Part shown: positions 19,052 through 28,446 of the stretch, one piece after another
Numbering within the stretch: the first letter of the stretch is position 1
Layout: the number at the start of each line of letters is the position of its first letter
DNA from: a virus
DNA length: 64,000 nt
Virus record (IMG/VR): IMGVR_UViG_3300010403_000001
Location: 15,712-79,711 of that record
Direction: 5' to 3' (one strand)
Made by a program: the position numbers and the translations under genes
The notes under the pieces: model-generated
Told to the model about the DNA's origin: nothing
Seen by the model: only the letters and a program-made list of their open reading frames with translations
The model's database searches: none

Positions 19052-19595
19052 CCAGTTTGATGTTTGCTCCCTGTGACATGCCGGCGGCACGCACCAGGGT
19101 TTCGAATGCTTCAATGAAATTTGGGTCGGAGATGTGGAATTCCAGATATTTCTCGATCGTCAGACTGATCGTCATACTGGTTTCTCCGGTTTCACGTAAT
19201 GAATACGAACCGTACGAACGTAATGTAGAGCCCAGCATCTCTGCAACAAAATTCTCAATCTTTTTTCGGTCCCAGGACTTCTCAAACTTCACCGGCACTG
19301 GCCGGCGGTTCCGGATCGGTTGATCCGGCTCCAGAAGGCGGACGGAATACGAGTATCCGCACAGGGTTAATCCCGCATACCAGAAAATAGTCTGGATTGC
19401 CCAGATTGTCCTCCCTAACTTTCCAATGAAACGCCCCTGATCGTGTGGGTCTACTGCCAGGAGAAATAAAGCAGAGTTTGGCAGGTGATTTATCTCGGGA
19501 TTGGGCGTCTTCTTAGCAATAACCGAAACGATGTGCTCCAGCAATGAGCGTAACTGCAAATATTGCGCAGGTTCGCGCTCTTGTACTGCGATCAT
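19035..19595 (-). CDS. KH-domain RNA-binding protein (KhpA/YlqC-like) with C-terminal extension
   Basis: VDPHDQGRFIGKLGRTIWAIQTI (GxxG KH loop). Confidence 0.75.
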   Translation of the reverse strand: MIAVQEREPAQYLQLRSLLEHIVSVIAKKTPNPEINHLPNSALFLLAVDPHDQGRFIGKLGRTIWAIQTIFWYAGLTLCGYSYSVRLLEPDQPIRNRRPVPVKFEKSWDRKKIENFVAEMLGSTLRSYGSYSLRETGETSMTISLTIEKYLEFHISDPNFIEAFETLVRAAGMSQGANIKLEANYA

Positions 19596-19640
19596 TTCGG
19601 TTCGGGTCGGTAACCAAACCTGAATGTCAATAACACTACA

Positions 19641-20438
19641 ATGAAGAACTACATACCTATATGGCGAAAATTACCACGATCGATCAAGAAGGAATATGAG
19701 AAAGGTTCCACCATTTTTGATCTATCCGTGAAGTATAAAACGGACACGGCTTCGATGCGTACAGCCTTACACGCTTTCGGTACCAAAATGCGGCCGCCGG
19801 GAGGCAGGAGACCAGGTAAGGCCGGCAAACAGAGTAAAATAACAGACGACGATCTTCTCCTGATTTTGCGATGGGATAATGAGAATGTAAGCCACAGTGA
19901 AATAGCACGCAGGATCAGTGACAGAATCCACGGCAGTTTCTCGCGGGAAAGAGTTCGGCAAATCTGTGTCCAGGAGGGGCATGCTACGAGACGAGATCGG
20001 ATTATTCCGAAGATAGAGCAGCTCAGGGCTCAGCGTCTTGTACGCCAACAAGCCAGGGATGATCGAATCCGGTCGATCTCTGATGCTTGGAAATCTGGTG
20101 CATCAATAGAAGAATTATCGGTGGCGATATTCGGTGAAAAAGTGAATGAGAATCGGTCCATCAGTAAGATTTCTATGTTTAGGAAGACTTATGGCGTGGA
20201 GTTATTTCCATACAGAAGACCGATCCATTGGTCCAGGGGAAATATGCGCCAACGGGTTAGGCGTATCCGTGAAATGAGCAGGGTGTGGAACGAGACCGGG
20301 GATTATCATGTCATACAAAGGCAGTTCCATTACAAAACCTACGGTTCAGCCGTTGCTGGAGTAAAAAGATATAGAGACATGTTTCCTCGCATGTTTCCTC
20401 ACAAAGACGACATATTAAGACGAAAATTATCACAATGA
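19641..20438 (+). CDS. Multi-HTH DNA-binding protein with sigma70 region-4-like helix
   Basis: SHSEIARRI...FSRERVRQI; further HTH-like segments (STIFDLSVKY, ASIEELS). Confidence 0.65.
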   Translation: MKNYIPIWRKLPRSIKKEYEKGSTIFDLSVKYKTDTASMRTALHAFGTKMRPPGGRRPGKAGKQSKITDDDLLLILRWDNENVSHSEIARRISDRIHGSFSRERVRQICVQEGHATRRDRIIPKIEQLRAQRLVRQQARDDRIRSISDAWKSGASIEELSVAIFGEKVNENRSISKISMFRKTYGVELFPYRRPIHWSRGNMRQRVRRIREMSRVWNETGDYHVIQRQFHYKTYGSAVAGVKRYRDMFPRMFPHKDDILRRKLSQ

Positions 20439-20661
20439 AGAAGACGAAGAAGAAGAAACCACCATTACCAATGCACATAAGTTTCCGTAACCATAAAGGA
20501 GACACAATCCATATTCCGGCTAGTTCCACAATCGAGGATTTGCTCGGTATGGGTATCAAGGAAATCAGGCTGGAGAGAAAGGGATCTTTCCTGCCTGATG
20601 GCTGGTATAAGAACAATTTCCCCTCAGAACATAAAACAAACAAAACACATAGAAAGGCAAA

Positions 20662-21561
20662 ATGAAGACAGATAACATAGTTGAATCATTGAAGAAATAC
20701 GGACTCAGGGTCGAACCCTACAAGCGTCCACCGATCGGGGACGATGTGTTCGCCATGACGATCGTACCACGCCATCGAGAAGGTGTGGTTCTCATGAATC
20801 ATGGCAATGCCAGGATTCGGGTCCACGGCAGCAAGAAACTCAGGCAAGCAACAATAAGTGTCCACGAAGGTGGAAGGAAAGTTACCAGGCAGTGTAAAGC
20901 CTTCTTTAGCACTTCCATACCTTTAACAAAGCCAAGTCCTGATACCATGGGGCGGCTCCTCAAGAGGGAATTCCGAGTCGTTATGCCCGCGAACTCGGAA
21001 TGGAGTGTTACGGACGTGAAAGACGAACTGGTAATTGATAATCCAGGGTATAAGAAATGGCGTATCACAGGAAACGTGACCGCAGAGGTTAAGGAACCCA
21101 CCACGAATCACTTCCTGATCGGTATGGATGAAACTCGCCACTTCATCTCTCCGATTTCCAGACATGCCAAATCGGTTCGTGGCGCACATCGGCTCCTGCG
21201 GACGAAAGGGGTACCATTTGGTGCACTCAGGCAAGGAGAATGGTTCTTCGTACCGTGTGATCCTGAAACCAGTAGGAGACTGGATACGATCGCTACTAAA
21301 CAATCTGGTCGTATTCAAATCCGTCAGCTTGACTGGACAACACATGTGGCCAAATCCGCCATCGAGGCTTATGCGGACGACGCTGGATTGGAAGCTGGCT
21401 GGATCTACGTCCGTGGATATGTCACGGACAGACGCACCGGCCATCACAGGTCGCTCTTCCTGGAGAAATGGCACAAAGTGGTGAAGAACAAGGAAGCTGA
21501 AATCAAGGTCGCTTCCTTCCAAGAGGAAATAGCCCGTCGTCGGCAGCGGACATGGGACTAA
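20662..21561 (+). CDS. Hypothetical protein
   Basis: 299-aa ORF with RQGEWFFVP motif. Confidence 0.7.
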   Translation: MKTDNIVESLKKYGLRVEPYKRPPIGDDVFAMTIVPRHREGVVLMNHGNARIRVHGSKKLRQATISVHEGGRKVTRQCKAFFSTSIPLTKPSPDTMGRLLKREFRVVMPANSEWSVTDVKDELVIDNPGYKKWRITGNVTAEVKEPTTNHFLIGMDETRHFISPISRHAKSVRGAHRLLRTKGVPFGALRQGEWFFVPCDPETSRRLDTIATKQSGRIQIRQLDWTTHVAKSAIEAYADDAGLEAGWIYVRGYVTDRRTGHHRSLFLEKWHKVVKNKEAEIKVASFQEEIARRRQRTWD

Positions 21562-21613
21562 TCCTGTTCCTCCCAGAACAACTAAACAACGAACAACGAA
21601 CAACAAACAACCA

Positions 21614-22922
21614 ATGAAGAAATTGCCAAATACAATAACAGTGACAATACAGGAAATAGACCGGCAGTGCGCTGGGCACTTCCAGTACGGATCAGGTTGC
21701 CTTATCGCAACAGCACTGAAGAGAATGGGGTATAATCACGATACTCCTATTTCAGTCTGCCTGGACTACGTCGAGATCGGCGGGATACGATATAATCCCA
21801 ACAAATCAATCGGGATACGTGCCCTGCATGCAATAAATGGTCGTGATCAGTCTAACATGCTAGCGGATGGAATCCACTACCGAGAGGGAGTGGTAGGAAA
21901 AGTCATTAAACTACAAAAGGAGGTGAAAGTATGAAGGTAACAATACCAGTAAAAAGAAAACACATCGATGGATGTCAAATGAGATCCGTTAATGATTGCG
22001 TTATGGCGCGTGCCATGACCGATGCATTACCGTTGGCAGCCGAGGTTACTGTTGGAGTATCAGCGGCCCATCTATGGGAGATGAATGGTCGGCTGGAAAC
22101 TATCCGCCTTCCAGAGGAAGTAAGTGCGTTTATCCACAGGATGGTCTTAACCGTTCCTGAAGGCAGGTACGCGATCGAGGAGCGTAGCTTCGAAGTCGAG
22201 ATTCCTGATCAGTTCTGCGCCAAAGAACCAGTCAGGATAGTCCAACCCAAACAGGAGGAAGAGCCAGTACCGGCTTAAAACATGAAAGTAACAATAAACG
22301 TGAGTAAGAAACATATCAGGGAAGGTGATCCACGATACAGTTCTTGCTGTATCGTTCAGAGGGCAATTAGGGATGCCATACCGTTGGCATTAGAAGTTGG
22401 TGTTTCAATAGACCACTACGCACTGAGATCTTTCGATGGCGTTTGGACCCGGCTCTATCTTCCAAGAGAGGTAGAGAAATTCATCTGGAGAACACTTGAT
22501 TGCCATCTTCCATCAAGATTGAGATGGCTTGTATTAAGTCCATTCTCGTTTGAACTGGATGTGCCTGATGAGTTCGTAGCCAAAGAACCAGTCAGGCCCG
22601 CCAAACAGGAGGAGGTGCTTCAATGTGTTACATCGTAGCATCAGGACCTGGTGGAGCTGGGTATGACTTCCCGGTAGGGAAAATCCCTTACAAGTTCGCA
22701 AAGGGTAACTGGATGCAAGTAAACAAAGGAACTTACAAGCTTAAATGCTTACATCCAGATGGGAGATCGGATACCTATCTAGTGGGACCAGGTCAGAGAA
22801 TAGTGGCTGACGAGGAGGCCACATTTGAGATCCTGGAGCGATATCCAGATGAGGTGCCTATGCCGCAACCTCAATCTTCTCCTCCGGAACCGAAATCAGT
22901 CCCAGCTGAATTGCCCGTATAA
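21614..22922 (+). other. Four small genes (21614-21934, 21931-22278, 22282-22638, 22623-22922); the first three are paralogs
   Basis: Shared CxxA/RA motif; 21931 and 22282 share the DNA GCCAAAGAACCAGTCAGG. Confidence 0.7.
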
Positions 22923-24699
22923 CCTGGAATTCCTCGCAATCGAGCAAGTGGTCGTCCTGATGCAGTTCTTTCCAGATCTGCTCCCAGCGACCAGTACGCT
23001 TGCTCTGAACGGCCACCTTCATCCGGCTAGTCATATGTCTCTGGTATTTATCAGAGACATCGATCGAGATATGCCAGATTGGTGGTTGATGGAACCTGAG
23101 GGAAGAAATTAGGTCCATGGCACCGTTGACCGAAAACTTAATGTACCGGACCCGGTCAAGTGTCCTGGACTCCCAAGCCGTTCCCAAATGTGGATCTCGG
23201 AGTTGCACTGTCGAGAAAATCCTCTCGATCCGAGTCCCATTTGGGAAACGGTGCCAGAAACTTTTTGTATCACTGCCCCAGATTCCACGCCAGCCGTGCT
23301 CCAGGATAAGCCGGCCGGTCTGGTTCGGTCTGTGAGCAAGGTCGACCAGGACATTCTCTCCGTCGATCTTGTTCTCCTTTTGCAGTTGTTCCAGATGTTC
23401 GACAGATTCGACCTTATCTGCGAATAGCAACCAGCTTTCGCCATTAGGTCGCTCTTTGGAAGGGGCCATCCAACGCCGTACTACGGCCCAGAAATGGTTT
23501 TCTTGAACGTCTATGGTCAAGATAGCCACGGAAGCCTCCGGCACGTCCTGGAGGCGATATGGCTCTGGCCTGATGTCCTCCTGATCGAACATCCTTTCTG
23601 AATCCCATGTCTCAGCGAGCCATGAATTGATGAAATTCTGGCGTCCAGACAGGATTCCCTTGGCCTTGATCCATTGAGCGGCAATTGCACCCAGTGAGGT
23701 CTTCCGCCCAAGGATCGAATAGAGGCTTGAGAGGTGATATCCATAATCACCAGCCTCTGCCAGAGTGTTGGTGGCATTCCAGACTCCAGCGTTTATTATG
23801 GATGGACGCTCGAAATCCTGGATCTCGCCGCCACACTCCTGGCAGCGGTAATATGCTTGCTGGGATACCTTATTTAAATCCCACTCCCCGTCAGTTTTAG
23901 CCTCGACGTCACTTTCCCTCCACCACCGTAGTCCACATAATCCGTGGGCTTCGGTTTTAACCCTAAACTTGAGCGTAATGCTCTTAGAACACCTCGGACA
24001 TGGAACCCAAAAATAACGTTGATCAGACTTCAGAAACGCAGGCCAAATCATCCGCTCCGCAGTCGTCGGAGTGGATGCTTTTACAACAAGCGGGAACGGA
24101 AACGTTTTTGTGCGTTCCTCGGCTAGATCCAAAGCAGCCGCTTCGTACTTTGACTGATCTCCGTATTTATCGCATTCGTCCATCACCAAGATTCCGCATG
24201 GAAATGAGGCTAAGTTTGCTGGACTGTTTGAACCGACGAATTTCAAAAACATCGTCAGAAAATGCTGCTCCATGAATGCGAACAGATGGCGATCGATCTC
24301 GTTCTTTGTAGTGCGGGGCAGTAGGCTCCGTGCATATTCACAGGCCTGAACAAATTTCATCCATCGGGCTTTACTGAAGGAATTAGCTAATTCCCGGTTT
24401 GGGAAAACCCACATCGTATCCTGGGCGTCCCGAACCAATCGGTAAAGCATACCAATGATGGTGAGAGTGGTTTTCGCGGACTGTGACGCGAAACAGAGGG
24501 TCAGACTCTTCGTCCGACGATCCCCGAAGCGTTCGAGGATCTCCCGACCATATGGAGTCATCTTTAGGTTTAGCCGGCCTCGTATGGCTCCGGTCGGGAC
24601 CTCTACATTCTTTTCAGCCCAGCTGCATACGGATTCCTTAGTCGGCGGCTTTAAGATCCGGAACAGGAAACTCCGGAATAGCGCTTGTGTGTCAGGCAT
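22858..24699 (-). CDS. Terminase large subunit, lambda gpA family
   Basis: TPYGREI, ASQSAKTT, ILVMDECDKY, STPT, SDQRYFWVPCPRC, YRCQECG, TIDVQ, DHLLDCE. Confidence 0.95.
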   Translation of the reverse strand: MPDTQALFRSFLFRILKPPTKESVCSWAEKNVEVPTGAIRGRLNLKMTPYGREILERFGDRRTKSLTLCFASQSAKTTLTIIGMLYRLVRDAQDTMWVFPNRELANSFSKARWMKFVQACEYARSLLPRTTKNEIDRHLFAFMEQHFLTMFLKFVGSNSPANLASFPCGILVMDECDKYGDQSKYEAAALDLAEERTKTFPFPLVVKASTPTTAERMIWPAFLKSDQRYFWVPCPRCSKSITLKFRVKTEAHGLCGLRWWRESDVEAKTDGEWDLNKVSQQAYYRCQECGGEIQDFERPSIINAGVWNATNTLAEAGDYGYHLSSLYSILGRKTSLGAIAAQWIKAKGILSGRQNFINSWLAETWDSERMFDQEDIRPEPYRLQDVPEASVAILTIDVQENHFWAVVRRWMAPSKERPNGESWLLFADKVESVEHLEQLQKENKIDGENVLVDLAHRPNQTGRLILEHGWRGIWGSDTKSFWHRFPNGTRIERIFSTVQLRDPHLGTAWESRTLDRVRYIKFSVNGAMDLISSLRFHQPPIWHISIDVSDKYQRHMTSRMKVAVQSKRTGRWEQIWKELHQDDHLLDCEEFQVIRAIQLGLISVPEEKIEVAA

Positions 24700-25292
24700 C
24701 AGGCAAATGCCTTCTGGGCATCCTCAATGATGGCTGCACATTCTTGCTCCAGGATATCCAGTGCCCAGGCTGGATCTGTAGGGTTGAGTTTAGCGCTTAT
24801 GTTCTGAGGAAGAGCGTTAAGTCGTTGAAGGATAATCTCGTATCCCTTCCTGGCTTCAGCCTGGGCTTCGGTTAATGGGATCAGTACCTTCTGCCTCTCT
24901 TGTTCCTCACGGATCATGGATTCGGCTTTCACATTGGCTTCGACCGATCGTGTGTAAAGCGAAAGCCATGCACCGATCTTTTGTGCTTTCCCCTCAACCA
25001 ATGCTTCTCGTAAAAGTCTCCAGGCTTGCCGAACAGCTTCTTTGGAACCGAGTAGCATATCATCCCCGATGTCCTCAAGGATATGACCATTTGGTCCTGT
25101 TTTGGCAGGTCGTGAATCATCACTGTAATCCCGGGAACCGGGTGGACCTGAATGACTCGAACGCTGTCGACGGGCTTCGCGCCACATCCTGGCGTGCTCC
25201 AGGGAATCTGTTGGGCAGCCCTTCTTTACCTGGGTGTGGACGTACTGAGGCGTGCAGCCCCAGTCACGAGCGATATCGGACTTCTTGACCAT
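24699..25292 (-). CDS. Terminase small subunit (Nu1-like)
   Basis: N-terminal wHTH KSDIARDWGCTPQYV..KKGCP; C-terminal LNALPQ; coupled to gpA. Confidence 0.8.
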   Translation of the reverse strand: MVKKSDIARDWGCTPQYVHTQVKKGCPTDSLEHARMWREARRQRSSHSGPPGSRDYSDDSRPAKTGPNGHILEDIGDDMLLGSKEAVRQAWRLLREALVEGKAQKIGAWLSLYTRSVEANVKAESMIREEQERQKVLIPLTEAQAEARKGYEIILQRLNALPQNISAKLNPTDPAWALDILEQECAAIIEDAQKAFA

Positions 25293-25351
25293 TCGGGTAG
25301 GTTCGGATACCAAGATAGTAAATTGTCAATACAACAACAAGAAAGGAAACT

Positions 25352-25660
25352 ATGAAACCTGAAGCTCAACGAATAGCAATAGCCGAAGCGTGCGGATGGA
25401 AGCGCAGTATTGATGCTGATCTTCCAACCGGACAAATGTTGGCTGATTTCCTAGATGCTACATTTCCCGATTACCTGAACGACCTCAACGCCATGCATGA
25501 AGCAGAGAAGGTGCTAACCGAGGAACAAATAGAAACTTACTGCGTGCTACTGTTCGATGTAACTGGTGGTCCGGCCTGGAAAGTAATACTCTCCACATCC
25601 GCCCAACGGGCAGAAGCCTTCCTGCGAACCTTGGGTCTCTGGGTAGAAGAGACTACATAG
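25352..25660 (+). CDS. Phage ABA-sandwich-like small protein
   Basis: IAEACGW...PDYLNDLNAMHEAEK...AQRAEAFL. Confidence 0.55.
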   Translation: MKPEAQRIAIAEACGWKRSIDADLPTGQMLADFLDATFPDYLNDLNAMHEAEKVLTEEQIETYCVLLFDVTGGPAWKVILSTSAQRAEAFLRTLGLWVEETT

Positions 25661-25888
25661 GCGAAACAACGAGCTTCCCTGCTACTGCACCCAGGCGCAG
25701 GTCGCGTCCACATTTGTAATACAATAGTAAACTGCCGTTGTTTGGACCCGGACGCAATACATGTCGTCCGAGGCAATGTGGGCATGAAATCACATGTCCT
25801 ACTTCAACAACGGGCTCCAGCTGTGGAAGTTCAAGAATGGTTTCCATGGCGGAACATTTACACAACAAACAAGAAAGGTAAAAATGAA

Positions 25889-26173
25889 ATGAATAGAGAA
25901 AATCCGCCGGCATTTCCACGGCCGGCAAGTACATATGAAGTAAACAGGCTCATTGCCTGCCCACCACAGGACGGGATAACCATGCATGATCTCTGTGCTA
26001 TTGCAGCACTACAGGGTATGTGCGCTAATCCAGAACATGATGCCAATTGGCCCGGCACGGCCTATATGGCTTTTAATGCAGCTGACGCCATGATGGATGA
26101 GAGAAACAAGAGAATTCACGAAAAACAAACCAGAAAGGAAAAACAAAATGAAAGTACTAGTACCAGGACATAA
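25889..26173 (+). CDS. Conserved small phage protein
   Basis: PAFP...GITMHD..A.AALQG...ADAM pattern. Confidence 0.6.
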   Translation: MNRENPPAFPRPASTYEVNRLIACPPQDGITMHDLCAIAALQGMCANPEHDANWPGTAYMAFNAADAMMDERNKRIHEKQTRKEKQNESTSTRT

Positions 26174-26444
26174 ATATCAGTTGGACATGATGGAGGGCGG
26201 ATATCTCATCGTCCAGTTCATCCAGAAAGAAGAGAAGGATGGGAAATTCGTAACCGTGCACAACGGCACGACCAATGAGGAAGTGCTGGAGATGCTGATC
26301 GATCGGATAATGTTTCTCGATCAGAAGTTGCCCAGTGAGAATAATATGAGGGCGCTGGAACGATTAATCACAGCTCTTCATTATTTACGGCAAAGAACGC
26401 AAGAGCGAAAAGAACGTGGGGTAGAAGGGACGCCAAAACCATGA
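26148..26444 (+). CDS. tad1: Tad1-like anti-defence nucleotide sponge
   Basis: GHKY..IVQF..NGTTNEEVLEMLIDR..ENNMRAL..AL.YL..RT.ER..RGVEGT. Confidence 0.65.
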   Translation: MKVLVPGHKYQLDMMEGGYLIVQFIQKEEKDGKFVTVHNGTTNEEVLEMLIDRIMFLDQKLPSENNMRALERLITALHYLRQRTQERKERGVEGTPKP

Positions 26445-26642
26445 AGTATCGACTCGTAAGGGAGGAGCACATCAACGGCAATGTTTACTGGCACACAGAG
26501 AGACAGATTCTCTGGATGTGGTGGATCGTTAGCTGGAGCTTGTCTGCTAGATACGAGACAGCTTATAAGACATTCAACGACCTGGTAGCCGGTAGGCTAC
26601 CATCAAGAAAGATATTGGAGGTAAAAACAAGAAAGGATTAAT

Positions 26643-27563
26643 ATGGAAAACAAAACACCACAATGCACTTGTGACACTCATAAGACCTGCCAAATCCACA
26701 ATCCGTTGACTGATAACATGCCATCGCAGACGACAGCTACGGAGGACGAAAAGTATCGCTCAAGCTGTGGATGCCTTGTAACCGATACAAAAGTGGAACT
26801 GTGCGGTCAACATTCCGGCAAGCCGCCAGCTACGGAGCAGGAGTGGACTGACGTTGATAACAAAATCGAAGCACTTTGCGAGAAAACCGACAAGGCGATG
26901 CCTCAATGGTTTCGTAAGAAACTAAAGGACATTTTCAACGCCGCACTCGTCGCCCAAAAGAAATACTATGAGACAGTGCGCTATCGGTCGCTCATTGAGC
27001 ACGAAGCCAAGCTGGCAGATGAACTCGCAACCTTGCGTCAAGAACTCTACGAAACGAGAAAGGAAATCGCGTTTTGGGCAGGGGAAGGTCAATCGGATCG
27101 GCCTGAGATTATCGAGTGGAGAAAGTTAGCAGAAATCAAACGTCCAACCAAGGCTCAAATTAAACGAATGGGAGAGATTGCGAGACAAATTGAGGCTGAA
27201 GATATGGACTTGCCGGAGTTGCAAGCCGCGCTCTCCGCCGAGCGGGAAAAGGTTACGATTCTACTAGATCGTGCAGCTATAGTTGAACAGCAACTCGCCG
27301 CCGAGCGAGAGAATAGCACCGAAGCAAGAGCGCAACGCGATTGGTTGATAAAAGAGTGCGCTCGTATTGGCGTGACAGTCAACGTTGCAATCGGGGCTCC
27401 AAACACAGAAGCATACCGACTGGTCAACGAAGCGCGAAAGCCGCTGGTGGACTTGCTCGCAAGAGTGAAGCCGTTTATCCGAGCGCAATCACTCGATAAG
27501 ATAGACCAAGCGAAGGCGATCATGCGAGAAGTCAACGACGCGCTGGCGAAGGTGAAGCCATGA
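26643..27563 (+). CDS. Mosaic coiled-coil hypothetical protein
   Basis: 306 aa; repeated ATE and LxAERE segments. Confidence 0.6.
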   Translation: MENKTPQCTCDTHKTCQIHNPLTDNMPSQTTATEDEKYRSSCGCLVTDTKVELCGQHSGKPPATEQEWTDVDNKIEALCEKTDKAMPQWFRKKLKDIFNAALVAQKKYYETVRYRSLIEHEAKLADELATLRQELYETRKEIAFWAGEGQSDRPEIIEWRKLAEIKRPTKAQIKRMGEIARQIEAEDMDLPELQAALSAEREKVTILLDRAAIVEQQLAAERENSTEARAQRDWLIKECARIGVTVNVAIGAPNTEAYRLVNEARKPLVDLLARVKPFIRAQSLDKIDQAKAIMREVNDALAKVKP

Positions 27564-27720
27564 AAAACGAACCACAGCGAAAGATATGCAGATGTGGACA
27601 TCACCAACTGGCGCACACGTCCGGAACTCAATGTTGCCATGTCAGAAAGTGCTTTTGCACTAAGTTTCGACCCAAAAGTGGCGCGAAGTCTAATCTCGAT
27701 GCGAAACTAAAGGAAAACAA

Positions 27721-28446
27721 ATGAAAACAGAAACAAAAACCAAAAAAGAAGAAAAACCAAATAAACTAGAGAAACTGGTGCTCGATATCACGGCACCATT
27801 CAAAATGAATCAGGAGATCGAATTACAGCAATTAGCTGTATTCGTTGGCGCTAATAGCTCAGGCAAATCGTTCATGCTCAAAGTGGCTTATGCCCTGGGG
27901 GCTGTTGGCGTGATGCGGACTGCGCCTCCGAGTCCAAATAGTGCGGCTCAATTCGTATTCGATAACACGTTTACTGAGCAAAACTTCAATGGTGTGTTCA
28001 GATCTGTCTACACCAAGGGATACGTAATGGTAGAACTTAAGGACGGGAAGGTGATCAGTAGTGGAGTGGCCGGAGAAATCACACCTGTAACCTACATGTC
28101 GGCTGATATGCGTCTTTTCGACAATATGGTCACCTATCTGCGGTTACGCAAAAAAGCCAGCAAAGAACCATTGGAATTTATGAAGACGATGTTGGAAGCG
28201 TATCGGCTTTATAATTTCTCCTTCATGGAGTCGTTCCTGGTTCGATTGCCGTTAATCATCCCGGATTCAGCTAAAAGCTATCTGGACGGGTTTGACTTTC
28301 CGGACCAGATCGCTTCGATCGAGGTCGATAAAGACAAATGCGAATTCACGGCCGTGCTAAAGGATGGGAAAAAGAAGAATATCTCTACCTACGGCGCTGG
28401 GCACCAGGCGGTGCTCAGTATGCTTATTGGAGGATTGGGGGCATGA
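27721..28446 (+). CDS. ABC/AAA_15-like ATP-binding protein (appears C-terminally short)
   Basis: VFVGANSSGKS; ends just after signature-like YGAGHQ; no Walker B seen. Confidence 0.65.
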   Translation: MKTETKTKKEEKPNKLEKLVLDITAPFKMNQEIELQQLAVFVGANSSGKSFMLKVAYALGAVGVMRTAPPSPNSAAQFVFDNTFTEQNFNGVFRSVYTKGYVMVELKDGKVISSGVAGEITPVTYMSADMRLFDNMVTYLRLRKKASKEPLEFMKTMLEAYRLYNFSFMESFLVRLPLIIPDSAKSYLDGFDFPDQIASIEVDKDKCEFTAVLKDGKKKNISTYGAGHQAVLSMLIGGLGA

